Under the pieces are notes generated by a model. That model did no database searches, had not been told where the DNA came from, and saw only the letters and a list, made by a program, of their open reading frames with translations. The position numbers and the translations under genes were made by a program. Below, piece by piece: positions 1-12,500 of a stretch of 64,000 nucleotides of DNA. The DNA lies in the NCBI GenBank assembly GCA_040377305.1, contig JBEIPA010000017.1, positions 49,561-113,560 of the forward strand, read 5' to 3'. The DNA comes from Flavobacteriales bacterium. Its GTDB lineage: Bacteria > Bacteroidota > Bacteroidia > Palsa-965. Within the stretch, counting starts at the first letter, position 1; each line of letters opens with the position of its first letter.

Positions 1-2
1 TG

Positions 3-1040
3 ACAGAAGTTTGTCGCATTGCATCTGCTGCAATGGAAGTATCGCGTGTCAACATCTGGGAGTTCGGTGATGGAATTACATCAATTACGGGTCTTGTTAA
101 CTATGATAATCGTTTCACCGAATTACTTCCGAATGCAACGTTATACCGCTACCAGATTCCGAGATACTTCAGCCTATTCGAAACCGAAGAAATTATTCCA
201 ACCTCTGACGCACTGAATCATCCGAGTACTGCCGAGCTGAAAGAAAGTTATCTCGAAGTAAACGGAATTCGTTCATTGATGGACGTGCCGGTTCGAATCG
301 GAGGAAAGATGATCGGACTTGTTTGCTTCGAAGACACGAAGAAAATGCGTGATTGGGATCCGGGTGAACAAAAATTCGGTCTCTTTATCTCGCAAGTGAT
401 TGCGCTTACAATTGAGTCAACACGCAGAAAGAAAACGCAGAATGACCTCGAGCTGATTCTGGATGAGAAGCGTATTCTGCTCAATGAAATTCACCGTCGG
501 GTTCGCAACAACTTTGCATTGATTCAGGATTTGCTTCGTGCTGAGTCAGGTCGTGCGCAAGACGATTATCACAAAGAACTTTTTTCTGATCTCCGAAACC
601 GGATCAATAGCCTTGATATGCTGCAAAGACAGCTTTATCAATCGGAGAAAGTTGATCGTGTTAACTTCCGTGATCTGATACTTGACCTTGTTGCCGGTTA
701 CCGTTCCACGTTCTCCGGTTCGCAAACAGATTTCATCACTACGCTCGACCAGTGTGAGTTGAATGTGGCAAAGGCCTCAATATCCGGTCTGTTTGTGAAT
801 GAAATCATGATGATGTTGATGAGTGAAGCTGGCCGATTGAAATCGAAAGAGCAAATTTCAATTCGTCTGAAGAAAGTAAACTCTCGTGTGAACATTGCGA
901 TAGGTTCATCGATAAACATTGATTCACGCAGCGAAAGAGAACGCATGCTCACATCATTCGAATTGGCTCAAAAACTGGGAAGCAAGCTCGAGATCGATCG
1001 GTCAAAAGGCACCGGCTATTCGCTGAGTTTCGACGCTTAG
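3..1040 (+). CDS. GAF domain + HisKA_2-type sensor histidine kinase-like protein, 5'-partial, kinase motifs degenerate
   Basis: The frame is open from the window edge (TEVCRIASAA before the Met at 33). GAF motifs GIRSLMDVPVRIGGKMIGLVCFE and RDW..E. HisKA_2-like LLNEIHRRVRNN and RQLYQS. Confidence 0.8.
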   Translation, partial: TEVCRIASAAMEVSRVNIWEFGDGITSITGLVNYDNRFTELLPNATLYRYQIPRYFSLFETEEIIPTSDALNHPSTAELKESYLEVNGIRSLMDVPVRIGGKMIGLVCFEDTKKMRDWDPGEQKFGLFISQVIALTIESTRRKKTQNDLELILDEKRILLNEIHRRVRNNFALIQDLLRAESGRAQDDYHKELFSDLRNRINSLDMLQRQLYQSEKVDRVNFRDLILDLVAGYRSTFSGSQTDFITTLDQCELNVAKASISGLFVNEIMMMLMSEAGRLKSKEQISIRLKKVNSRVNIAIGSSINIDSRSERERMLTSFELAQKLGSKLEIDRSKGTGYSLSFDA

Positions 1041-1149
1041 TCAACTGATTTTCTCCTTTTCATTGTTACTTCTTTGTGAATGAAATATTTTGATTCGCAC
1101 CTGCATTGGCGTATTTTTCTTGTGGCAAAAACACACTTAAACCCATTGC

Positions 1150-4100
1150 ATGATGAAGAGAACTCTACTCCTACTACTTCTCTCCGTGTTTGTTTTCTCA
1201 ACTCATTATTTATCAGCACAGGCGTCTGCTTGTCCTCAGGTAAATGCCGGAGTGGATCAAACAATCTGTCCGGGCCAATGCGTGAATCTTACAGCAACCA
1301 TTCAAGGTCCGCATGCCACAACATCGTACATAGGTAATGCGATTCCTTATAGCCCGTATTCTTATACAACAGGCACTCCGGTTCTCGTTAACATAGACGA
1401 CGTTTGGACGCCGGTGATTAACATGCCATTCTGCTTCCAGTTTTATGGTAACACATACAACCAACTTGTTATTGGTTCGAATGGACTGATTTCATTTAAC
1501 CTCGCTTACGCAGGTGCATTTTGTCAGTGGTCATTCGTAAATCCGATTCCAACCAATACATGCCCGATCAATTCGATCATGGCACCGTACCATGATATTG
1601 ATCCTTCGATCGGTGCAACTTCAGATACGCGTTACGCAACTTATGGAACTGCACCATGCCGCGAGTTTGTAGTGAGCTGGTATAACGTTCCGATGTTCAG
1701 CGGAGCGTGTAACTCCCAACTTGCAAGTCAGCAGATTGTTTTGCATGAGAACACCAACATCATTGACATTTACATTGCCAACAAGCCTTTGTGCGCAAGT
1801 TGGAATGGTGGTCGCGCCACAGAGGGAATTCAGAATGCTGCGGGTACCGCTGCTAACTTTGTTCCCGGACGTAATGCGTCACAGTGGGTTGCCGCAAACG
1901 ATGGTTATCGTTTCACACCGAGTGGTGCTGCGCAGTATGTGTTGACATGGTTCGGACCTAGCGGAAGTTTAGGTAGTGCAAATCCCATTACGGTTTGTCC
2001 CTCAACAACTACAACATACACTGCTCAGGTTGTAAATACGACATGCGCCGGTAACGTAACTGTTTCTGATCAGGTAACAGTTAATACTACTTCAGGAGGA
2101 ATAACTACAACAGGATCGCAAACAGATATTTTGTGTAACGGACTTTGCACCGGATCCGCAACTGTTAATATCACGGCGGGAACAGGACCGTTTACTTACG
2201 TCTGGGCGCCAGCACCCGGAGCGGGACAAGGAACTGCAAGCGCCAGTGGATTGTGCCCCGGTATATACACATGCATCGTGTCGAATGCCGCCGGGTGTAC
2301 CGCATCACAAACATTCAACATCACCCAAGTCCCCGTCATAACAGCAACACAAACACAAACGAATGTATTGTGTAACGGAAGTTGTACGGGACAAGCCAAC
2401 GTTGCCGCCGGTGGAGGAACCGGTACATACAGCTACAACTGGGCACCAGCACCGGGTGGCGGACAAGGAACCGCTACAGCAACCGGACTCTGTGCGGGGG
2501 TTTATGTGTGTACAATCACATCCGGTCCTGCTGGTTGTACGATTACAAGAACATTTACAATTACTGCGCCGCCTGCAATTACATCGACGATGGCCATGAC
2601 ACCAGCAACGTGTGGAGCATTCAACGGCACTGCAAGTATTACTCCGAGTGGCGGGGCAGGTGGATACACTTACAATTGGACTCCTGGAAATCCGACGGGT
2701 GATGGAACAAATACTATTTCCGCTTTAGCGCCGGGTGCATGGGTTTGCACTGTAACTGATGCCAACGGATGTACGCACACGAACACGATCAACGTAACGT
2801 CAACTACCGGGATCACTGGAACATTTACTGCAACTAACGCAGCGTGTTTCGGTGGAACAGGAACTGCAACTGCTGTGCCTACCGGCGGAACCGGACCGTA
2901 CACTTATGCATGGGCACCATCAGGTGGTAACAATGCAATAGCAACAGTGCCTGCAGGTGTTTACACCTGTACGATTACCGATGTTCCAACCGGATGCACC
3001 GTTGTAATTACTGTGACAATCACTCAACCACCCGCACTGAGCGTTACCCCTACACAAACGAATATCACGTGTAATGCACTTTGTAATGGTGCTGCATCTG
3101 TAAACGTTTCAGGAGGAACTGCAGGTTACACGTACAATTGGTCACCTGCACCGGGCGCGGGACAAGGAACAGCGAATGCAAGTTCTTTGTGTGTTGGAAC
3201 CTACACATGCACTACTACCGATGCGAACGGTTGTACGATCACTCAATCATTCAACATCACCCAACCTCCTGCACTCACACTTGTCATGTCAATGACTCAA
3301 GCAACGTGTGGCAATGCGAACGGTCAGGCATGCGTTGTGGCATCGGGAGGATCACCGGGTTACACGTATGCGTGGTTACCAGGTGGAGGAACTGGTGCTT
3401 GTGCAACTGGATTGCTCTCGAACATTTATACCGTGACTGTTACAGATCTCAATGGTTGCACAGCTACGAACTCAATCAATGTCACAAACGCAGCTGCACC
3501 TTCTGCAACAATTACGGCATTCACAAACGTTAGCTGCTTCGGTGGCAATAATGGATCTGCAACTGTTGCTGCGAGCGGGGGAACAGGTCCTTATACATAC
3601 ACATGGTCACCGGTTGGCGGAAACACAACCGTCGGAACTCCTCTCACTGCGCAGAATTATACAGTGACTGTTGCGGATGCAAACGGATGTACAACTACAG
3701 CTACCGTTGCAATAACACAACCGCCGGTATTAACCGCAACTGCTGCAGGATCAAATGTATTGTGTAACGGTGCTTCTACAGGATCTGTTACCATCACAGC
3801 TGGTGGTGGCGTTGGTCCTTACACTTACGCATGGACTCCAAGTGGTGGACCAGGGAATACAGCAGCGAATGTTCCTGCAGCGCTATATTCATGCACAGTT
3901 ACGGATGTAAATGGTTGTACGGTTACTGCAACATTCAATGTAACCCAACCAACGGCACTTAGCGTAACAACATCCTTTACTCAGTCAACATGTGGTTTGC
4001 CTAACGGTAGCGCGTGTGTGAATGCATCGGGTGGAGCTGGTGGATATACTTACGCGTGGAGTCCGGTTGCTGGTGCCGGAAACTGTCTCAACAATATTGT

Positions 4101-6348
4101 AGGTGGAATATATACCTGTACCGTCACGGATGTGAATGGATGTACAATAACAACTACAGTTAACGTCCCAAGCGCAAATACTCCTGTGGTATCGATTATT
4201 TCTTTCACGAACGTAACATGCTTCGGCGGAACTGACGGTGGTGCAACTGCATCTTCAACCGGAGGAACCACACCATATGCTTACGTGTGGAGCAACGGAG
4301 ATCCGGATTCAGTGCTTAGTACTGTAGGAATGGGGACCTATATCGTGACCGTTACAGATGCCAATAGTTGTTCAGACACAACGCAGGTAACGATCACAGA
4401 ACCACCACAGCTTACAGCAACAATTTCTGGAGTTGATATTTTGTGCTTTGGAAACACAACAGGATCTGCAACTGTCACACCTTCCGGCGGAACCGGTGCT
4501 TACTCCTATGTGTGGAATCCTTCAGCACAAATCACACAAACGGCAACGAACCTTGGTGCAGGAACTTATAGTTGTACCATTACAGATGCGAACGGATGTA
4601 CAACAATGGTTTCAGTCACGCTTACTGAACCACCGTTACTCACTGTTGCATCAGCAGGATTCAATGTAACGTGTTTCGGTGCATGCGACGGACAGCTTGT
4701 TTCCATTCCGGGCGGTGGCGTTCCGAACTACACATTCAACTGGTCATCGGGATGCATTACTCCCGCATGTAGCAACGTGTGTACCGGAATTTACACCGTA
4801 ACTGTTACAGACATGAATGGTTGCACAGCGTCGGATACAGCGCTGGTAACTGAACCAACTGCAATTGTTATTAATACATCTGCGGTAGATGCACATTGCA
4901 ACCAGGCTGATGGTTCTGCTTCTGCAAATGCTAATGGCGGAACCGGACTGTTAACTTATCAATGGATTAGTGGTCCGGCGAATCAGAATTACAACAACAT
5001 TGTTGCCAATACTTATTCGGTGATCGTAACGGATGCAAATGGTTGTGCAGATACAGCGACAGCAGTAGTGAACAATCTGAATGGAGTAACAGCAACGTTG
5101 AATGCGTCCGTTGATCTTTCCTGCTTCCAATCGAATGATGGATCTATCGACATTGATGCAAGTGGCGGAACACCGGGCTATACATACACATGGTCGCCTA
5201 ACGTTTCTGCAACCGACATCGGATCGAATCTATCAGCTCAACCTTACGCTATTACTGTTACTGATGCTGCTGGTTGTACATCTGTTGTGAATGTGATCCT
5301 GACTGAACCTCCCGTGCTAACGCTTGCGGCAACTGCAACACCAGCTGCAGTTTGCGCCGGATCACCGGTAACGTTGAATGCTATTGCAAATGGAGGAACT
5401 CCGGCTTATACATACACATGGAATCCGGGTGCCATGATTGGTGCAACGCAAAACATTACTCCACCGGCAACTCAAACGTATACTGTTGATGTGACTGACG
5501 CGAATGGCTGCACAGCATCTGCACCCGTTCTTGTTACTGTAAATGATTTGCCTGTCTCAACATTTACATCAGATCTGGTTTCAGGTTGCGCACCACTCAC
5601 CGTTAATTTCACTGACTCAAGTACTGTATTAGCTCCGGGTACTATTACAGGATGGACCTGGGATTTCGGTGATAATAACACCTCAACACAGCAAAGTCCT
5701 TCGCACACGTACACCACACCTGGTGTTTATACAGTGATTCTTACTGCAACAACCAGCGCAGGATGTACGCAAACCATTACGATGAACAATTACATCAATG
5801 TGTTTGCCGTACCCGTTGCAGCATTTATAGCCGGCCCACAACCGACAACGATTCTGAATCCCGACATTTCATTCACCGATGCTTCTACCAATGCGGCGTC
5901 GTGGCATTGGACTTTCGGTGATGCAACAACACCATCAAGCTCTACAGACCAGAATCCAACGTTCACGTATGATGAACCATCCTGTTACAATGTGGTGCTG
6001 GAAGTAACTTCCATTGACGGTTGCGTAGATGTTGACTCACAACAAGTATGCATTGACCCAGACGTAATTATTTATGTACCGAATGCATTCACGCCGAATG
6101 ACGATGGAGTCAATGATGAATTCATTCCTATGATGGAAGGAATTGATCCTGATAACTATCAGTTGTGGGTATTCGATCGTTGGGGAAATATGATCTGGTA
6201 CACGGATGATATAGATGAAGGTTGGAATGGTATCGTACTTGGCGGAACGGAATTATGTCAGATCGACACGTATGTCTGGAAACTGAAGTGTAAAGATATT
6301 CTCGACAAACGCCACGAATTGATTGGGCGTGTAAGCTTAATTAGGTAG
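1150..6348 (+). CDS. T9SS type B (gliding-motility-associated CTD) adhesin: NIDO-like head, SprB repeats, 2 PKD domains
   Basis: Signal peptide MMKRTLLLLLLSVFVFSTHYLSA. Repeated GGT.PYTY.W...YTVTVTDANGC units. PKD motif WTWDFGD. C-terminal IYVPNAFTPNDDGVNDEF...VFDRWG. Confidence 0.92.
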   Translation: MMKRTLLLLLLSVFVFSTHYLSAQASACPQVNAGVDQTICPGQCVNLTATIQGPHATTSYIGNAIPYSPYSYTTGTPVLVNIDDVWTPVINMPFCFQFYGNTYNQLVIGSNGLISFNLAYAGAFCQWSFVNPIPTNTCPINSIMAPYHDIDPSIGATSDTRYATYGTAPCREFVVSWYNVPMFSGACNSQLASQQIVLHENTNIIDIYIANKPLCASWNGGRATEGIQNAAGTAANFVPGRNASQWVAANDGYRFTPSGAAQYVLTWFGPSGSLGSANPITVCPSTTTTYTAQVVNTTCAGNVTVSDQVTVNTTSGGITTTGSQTDILCNGLCTGSATVNITAGTGPFTYVWAPAPGAGQGTASASGLCPGIYTCIVSNAAGCTASQTFNITQVPVITATQTQTNVLCNGSCTGQANVAAGGGTGTYSYNWAPAPGGGQGTATATGLCAGVYVCTITSGPAGCTITRTFTITAPPAITSTMAMTPATCGAFNGTASITPSGGAGGYTYNWTPGNPTGDGTNTISALAPGAWVCTVTDANGCTHTNTINVTSTTGITGTFTATNAACFGGTGTATAVPTGGTGPYTYAWAPSGGNNAIATVPAGVYTCTITDVPTGCTVVITVTITQPPALSVTPTQTNITCNALCNGAASVNVSGGTAGYTYNWSPAPGAGQGTANASSLCVGTYTCTTTDANGCTITQSFNITQPPALTLVMSMTQATCGNANGQACVVASGGSPGYTYAWLPGGGTGACATGLLSNIYTVTVTDLNGCTATNSINVTNAAAPSATITAFTNVSCFGGNNGSATVAASGGTGPYTYTWSPVGGNTTVGTPLTAQNYTVTVADANGCTTTATVAITQPPVLTATAAGSNVLCNGASTGSVTITAGGGVGPYTYAWTPSGGPGNTAANVPAALYSCTVTDVNGCTVTATFNVTQPTALSVTTSFTQSTCGLPNGSACVNASGGAGGYTYAWSPVAGAGNCLNNIVGGIYTCTVTDVNGCTITTTVNVPSANTPVVSIISFTNVTCFGGTDGGATASSTGGTTPYAYVWSNGDPDSVLSTVGMGTYIVTVTDANSCSDTTQVTITEPPQLTATISGVDILCFGNTTGSATVTPSGGTGAYSYVWNPSAQITQTATNLGAGTYSCTITDANGCTTMVSVTLTEPPLLTVASAGFNVTCFGACDGQLVSIPGGGVPNYTFNWSSGCITPACSNVCTGIYTVTVTDMNGCTASDTALVTEPTAIVINTSAVDAHCNQADGSASANANGGTGLLTYQWISGPANQNYNNIVANTYSVIVTDANGCADTATAVVNNLNGVTATLNASVDLSCFQSNDGSIDIDASGGTPGYTYTWSPNVSATDIGSNLSAQPYAITVTDAAGCTSVVNVILTEPPVLTLAATATPAAVCAGSPVTLNAIANGGTPAYTYTWNPGAMIGATQNITPPATQTYTVDVTDANGCTASAPVLVTVNDLPVSTFTSDLVSGCAPLTVNFTDSSTVLAPGTITGWTWDFGDNNTSTQQSPSHTYTTPGVYTVILTATTSAGCTQTITMNNYINVFAVPVAAFIAGPQPTTILNPDISFTDASTNAASWHWTFGDATTPSSSTDQNPTFTYDEPSCYNVVLEVTSIDGCVDVDSQQVCIDPDVIIYVPNAFTPNDDGVNDEFIPMMEGIDPDNYQLWVFDRWGNMIWYTDDIDEGWNGIVLGGTELCQIDTYVWKLKCKDILDKRHELIGRVSLIR

Positions 6349-6575
6349 TGTCTCTTCGTTTGAAAGTATGGAACCCCGTTTAAGTATTCAGGCTTTCTTG
6401 CCCATTAATTTTCAACACAATTTTCAACGAAAGCGCGTTAAACTTCGACCAGACCTGACAATTGTTAGACGAATCTGAGCTTTTGCACATTTCCGGGAAA
6501 ACTGTTGCCAACTTGCTGTATTTCACTAAATTGTGCATGGCAAATTAACCCAGAGTACCCCTTACACGACTCAAA

Positions 6576-9500
6576 ATGGCACAACCTCTACACGCACGAC
6601 GGGTGAAGTCCGCACATACTTCACGCGTATTAATTTTTGTAGTAGTCTCCTTCCTGTTTTTTGGATTCCAAAACCTTCTCGCACAAGCAACAGGTCCTGT
6701 TGTTTGTCCAGTGAATGCCGGAGCAGATGTCAGCATTTGTGCACCGAACTGTGCACCACTTTCAGGAACCTACACGCAGGTGAATGCACCGACTAACTAC
6801 GCTGTAAGTTCAATCCCTTACGCTCCGGATCCATTTACTACAGGAACTAACGTGGCATTGTTTGATGACCAGTGGTCTGCTGCGATCAATATCGGTTTCC
6901 CTTTTTGTTTTTACGGTAACACATACACACAGGTTTTGATCGGCTCCAATGGCTTGATCTCATTCAACGTTGCGTTAGCGGGTGGTTATTGTCAGTGGCC
7001 GATCAACGCAGCAGTGCCAAGTGCAGCTGACCCAATGAATACTGTAATGGGTCCGTGGCAGGATCTATATCCTCCAGGCGGTGGGACAATACGTTATACA
7101 ATTTACGGTACTGCTCCATGCCGTCGTTTCGTAGTGAGCTGGAACCAAATGCCAATGTATTCATGTACCTCAACCCTTTGTACGCAACAGATCACGCTCT
7201 ACGAAACCTCAAACGTCATTGATAACTACATTCAGACAAAACCGTTGTGTACAGGTTGGAACGCAGGGACTGCAATTCAAGCCGTTCACAATGCTGCCGG
7301 TACTGCCGCGGTTGCAGTTGCTGGTCGCAACTATCCAACACAGTGGACAACAACAAACGATGCACGTCGTTGGACACCAAGTGGAGCAAACATGACTTCT
7401 ATTGGTTGGTATATTGGTGCTGCTTTACAAAGCACTGCGCAGAACTACACACCATGCCCTACTGCAACTACTACTTATAACTTCACAGCGACGTATACCA
7501 ATTGTAACGGTACTACTGTTCAGCAAACTGATCAGGTTGTTGTAACTGTAAGCTCACTCACGGTTACTGCAACGCAAACAAACTTAACGTGCTTCAACAA
7601 TTGTACAGGAAGTTCGACTGTTACAGCATCAGGAGGCGGACCATACAGCTACAACTGGTCTCCCGCTCCGGGTGGTGGTCAAGGAACAGCAACTGCCACG
7701 GGATTATGTGCCCAGTCGTACACGTGTGTCGTTACGGGTGCTGGAGGTTGTACGGGGCAAGTCGTCGTCAACATCACTCAGCCTCCGCAGATTGCATTAG
7801 TACCAACGCAAACGAACGTCCTATGCAATGGAGTGTGTAACGGAGCCGCTTCAGTCGTCGCCTCGGGTGGTACAGGAGTCTATACTTATGTTTGGGCGCC
7901 AGCTCCCGGAGGAGGACAAGGAACCGCAAATGCAACAGGTCTTTGCGCAGGTACATATACGGTGACAGTTTCTTCGCCAGCAGGTTGTACACGAACACAA
8001 GCATTCACGATTACGCAACCGCCGGCGTTAGCTTCAACCGGATCACACACAAATATTCTATGTAATGGAGCGTGTACTGGTGCTGCTTCTGTAACGCCTT
8101 CCGGAGGTGTTGGACCTTACACTTATTCATGGGCTCCCTCCGGTGGTACGGCTTCCTCAACTACAGGTAGATGCGTGGGTACTTACACGGTCACATTTAC
8201 GGATGCAAACGGTTGCACGGGAACCCGAGTATTCAACATTACACAACCGACTGCGGTTACAACTACAGGTGGACAAACCAACGTAACCTGTAACGGGGCT
8301 TGTACCGGTTCTGCAACTGTCACTCCATCTGGTGGCGTTGGACCTTACACTTACGTTTGGTCGCCAGCACCTGGTGGTGGACAAGGAACTGCAATTGCAA
8401 CAGGATTGTGTGCCAACACATACACTGTAACTGTAACTGATGCTAACGGATGTACCGCAACCAGAATATATACAATCACACAACCTCCCGTAATTGCATT
8501 AGTCCCTACGCAAACAAACGTTTTGTGTAACGGACAATGCAATGGAGCCGCTTCAGTTGTTGCATCAGGTGGAACGGGAACTTATACATACGTGTGGGCT
8601 CCGGCGCCGGGTGCGGGACAGGGAACTGCGAACGCTACGGGTCTGTGTGCTGGTAACTACACAGTGACAGTATCATCACCTGCTGGTTGTACAAGAACAC
8701 AGATATTCAATATTACCGCGCCACCTGCACTTACATCAACTGGTTCACACACCAACATATTATGTAATGGTGCGTGTACAGGGGCTGCAACAGTAACCCC
8801 ATCAGGAGGTGTAGGTCCTTACACTTATTCATGGGCTCCGTCCGGCGGAACTGCTGCAACAACAACCGGTCGATGTGCTGGTACTTACACTGTAACGTTT
8901 ACAGATGCGAACGGTTGTACGGGTACGCGTACGTTCAACATTACTGCTCCACCTGCCTTGACTTCGACTGGATCACAAACAAACATTCTTTGTAATGGTG
9001 CATGTACTGGTGCGGCTTCAGTTACTCCTTCGGGTGGTGTTGGTCCGTACACCTATTCATGGGCTCCGTCTGGTGGTACTGCATCATCGACTACAGGTCG
9101 ATGCGTTGGTACTTACACTGTAACATTTACAGATGCAAACGGATGTACAGGTACACGCATTTATAATATCACTCAACCACCTGCTCTTACATCAACAACA
9201 TCGTTCACACAGGCAACGTGTAACATGTCGAATGGACTTGCTTCGGTAACTCCTTCGGGAGGTGTTGGTCCGTATACTTATCTGTGGGCGCCATCAGGCG
9301 GAACAGGTGCAACTACAACGCCAAGACCTGCCGGTATTTACACCGTAACATTCACAGATGCGAACGGATGTACTGGAACTGCAACGGTAAACATTCCTAA
9401 CGCTGCTGCACCAACAGCAACGATCACAGCAGTAGTAAACGTTACCTGTTTTGGTGCAAGCACGGGAAGTGCAACAGTTGCCGCTTCAGGTGGAACTGGT

Positions 9501-12500
9501 CCGTACACATATGCATGGACGCCATCCGGTGGAACAGGAACTACAACAACTCCTCGTCCTGCCGGCAACTACACAGTTACCGTTACCGATGCAAACGGAT
9601 GTACCGTGCAACAAACAGTTGCAATCACACAACCACCGGCAATTACACTCACTCCAACTCAGACAAACGTTTTATGTAACGGTGGCTTAACAGGAAGTGC
9701 ATCAGTTGTTGCATCAGGTGGTACTGGTACATTTACTTATGCATGGGCTCCGTCTGGCGGAACAGGTGCAACAGCAACAGGACTTGGTGCTGGTACTTAT
9801 ACAGTAACAGTTTCTTCTCCGGCGGGATGTACTGCAACTCAAACTTACACGATCACTGCTCCTCCTGCATTGACATCAACCGGAACACAAACAAACATTT
9901 TGTGTAACGCTGCATGTACAGGTGCTGCTTCAGTAACAGTTACAGGAGGTGTTGGACCATATACTTATCTATGGGCTCCTTCTGGTGGTACTGCTGCCGG
10001 AACAACAGGTCGTTGTGTTGGTACTTACACAGTAACATTCACGGATGCAAACGGATGTACAGGAACTCGTTCATTCACTATTACACAGCCAACCGCGCTT
10101 GCTGCAACAACATCATTTACTCAGGCAACTTGTAACATGTCGAATGGTTCGGCATCCGTTTCGGTTTCTGGTGGTGTTGGTCCTTATACATATCTGTGGG
10201 CTCCGCTCGGCGGAACAACAGCGACGGTGACTGGTCGTCCTGCAGGTACATATACAGTAACTTATACTGATGCTAACGGATGTACAGGTACTGCTACAGT
10301 AACTATTCCAAATGCTGCTGCTCCAACTGCAACAATCACTGCAACAGTTAACGTGACATGTTTCGGTGCTTCAACAGGCGGTGCTACAGTAGCTGCTTCA
10401 GGTGGAACTGGTCCATACACTTACGCATGGACTCCGTCAGGTGGAACCGGTTCATCAACAACCGGTCGTCCTGCAGGCACATATACTGTAACAGTTACAG
10501 ATGCGAACGGATGTACTGTGCAAGCAACAGTAACAATAACACAACCACCAGCCATCACCCTCACTCCTACTCAGACAAACGTTCTGTGTAATGGTGGCTT
10601 AACAGGAAGTGCTTCCGTTGTTGCATCAGGTGGAACTGGTACATATACTTATGCATGGGCTCCGTCAGGCGGAACAGGTGCAACAGCAACAGGACTTGGT
10701 GCAGGAACTTACACGGTGACTGTTTCTTCACCTGCCGGCTGCACTGCAACGCAAATATTCAACATCACTGCTCCTCCTGTATTGACGACTACGGGTGCAC
10801 AAACGAACGTGTTGTGTAATGGTGGAACAACAGGATCTGCAACAGTTACTCCTTCAGGAGGAGTTGGACCATACACGTATTCATGGGCTCCTACAGGTGG
10901 AACTGCAGCCATTGCGACAGGATTAACAGCACAGACTTACACGGTAACAGTTACTGATGCAAACGGATGTACTGCTACGCGAACGTTCACTATCACACAA
11001 CCACCTGCACTTACTTCCACAACATCATTCACGCAGGCTACCTGTAACATGTCTAACGGTTCGGCATCCGTTGCAGTTTCCGGTGGTGTAGGTCCTTACA
11101 CATATTCATGGGCTCCTACAGGTGGAACCGGCGCAACCGCATCAGGTCAACCTTCAGGAATATACACGGTAACATTCACAGATGCGAACGGATGTACAGG
11201 TACGGCAACAGTGAACATTCCGAATGCTGCTGCACCTTCTGCAACAATCACTGCAACTACTCCAGTTGTATGTTTCGGTGGTAACACAGGTTCCGCGACG
11301 GTTGCTGCATCTGGTGGTACCGGCCCTTATACGTATGCCTGGGCTCCAATCGGTGGAACAGGAACAACAGGAACCAACCTCACTGCTCAGACTTACACCG
11401 TCACAGTTACTGATGTCAACGGATGTACAGCAACAGCAACTACAACGATCACGCAACCAACAGCTGTTACTGCAACTGCTGCTTCTTCACCAGTTCTTTG
11501 TAATGGTGGATCAACCGGAAGTGCAACTGTTACACCTGCTGGTGGAATTGGCCCTTACACGTATGCGTGGGCGCCAAGTGGCGGTACTGCTGCAACTGCA
11601 ACAGGATTGAACGCAACTACATATACTGTTACTGTTACAGATGCGAATGGTTGTACAACCACGGCGATGACAACCGTAACTCAACCTACCGCTGTAACTG
11701 CAACTGCTGCTTCATCACCTGTCCTTTGTAACGGTGGTACAACAGGATCTGCAACCGTAACTCCTGTTGGCGGAACAGGTCCATACACCTTTGCGTGGGC
11801 TCCTACTGGTGGAACCGCTGCGATTGCGACAGGATTAAATGCGAATACATATACGGTAACGGTTACCGATGCTAACGGTTGTACAATCACAGCAATTACA
11901 ACCGTTACTCAACCACCGGCACTTTCTGCTACTACATCATTCACGCAAGCTACATGCGGAGCCTCTAACGGTTCAGCATCGGTTGCTGTTACTGGTGGTG
12001 TTGGTCCTTATACGTATGCATGGGCACCTGCGGGTGGAACAGGCGCAACTGCAACCGGACTTGCAGCGAATACTTACACAGTAACTTTCACAGATGCGAA
12101 CGGATGTACAGGAACTGCTTCTGTAACTGTTCCAAACGCTGCTTCACCATCAGCAACAATCACTGCAACAACAAACGTTTCCTGCTTCGGTGGTAACAAC
12201 GGTTCTGCAACTGTAGCTGCATCGGGTGGTACAGGACCTTACACTTATGCATGGACACCAATCGGTGGTACAGGTACTGTAGGAACTAATCTCACTGCGC
12301 AGATTTACACCGTAACAGTAACTGATGCTAACGGATGTTCCACTACAGCCACTGCAACAATCACTGAACCTCCGCTGTTAACAGCTACTGCTACTTCATC
12401 TCCGGTATTATGTTTTGGTGGAACAACAGGCAGCGCAACAGTAACTGCTTCAGGTGGTGTTGCTCCTTATACCTATGCGTGGTCGCCAACCGGCGGCACT

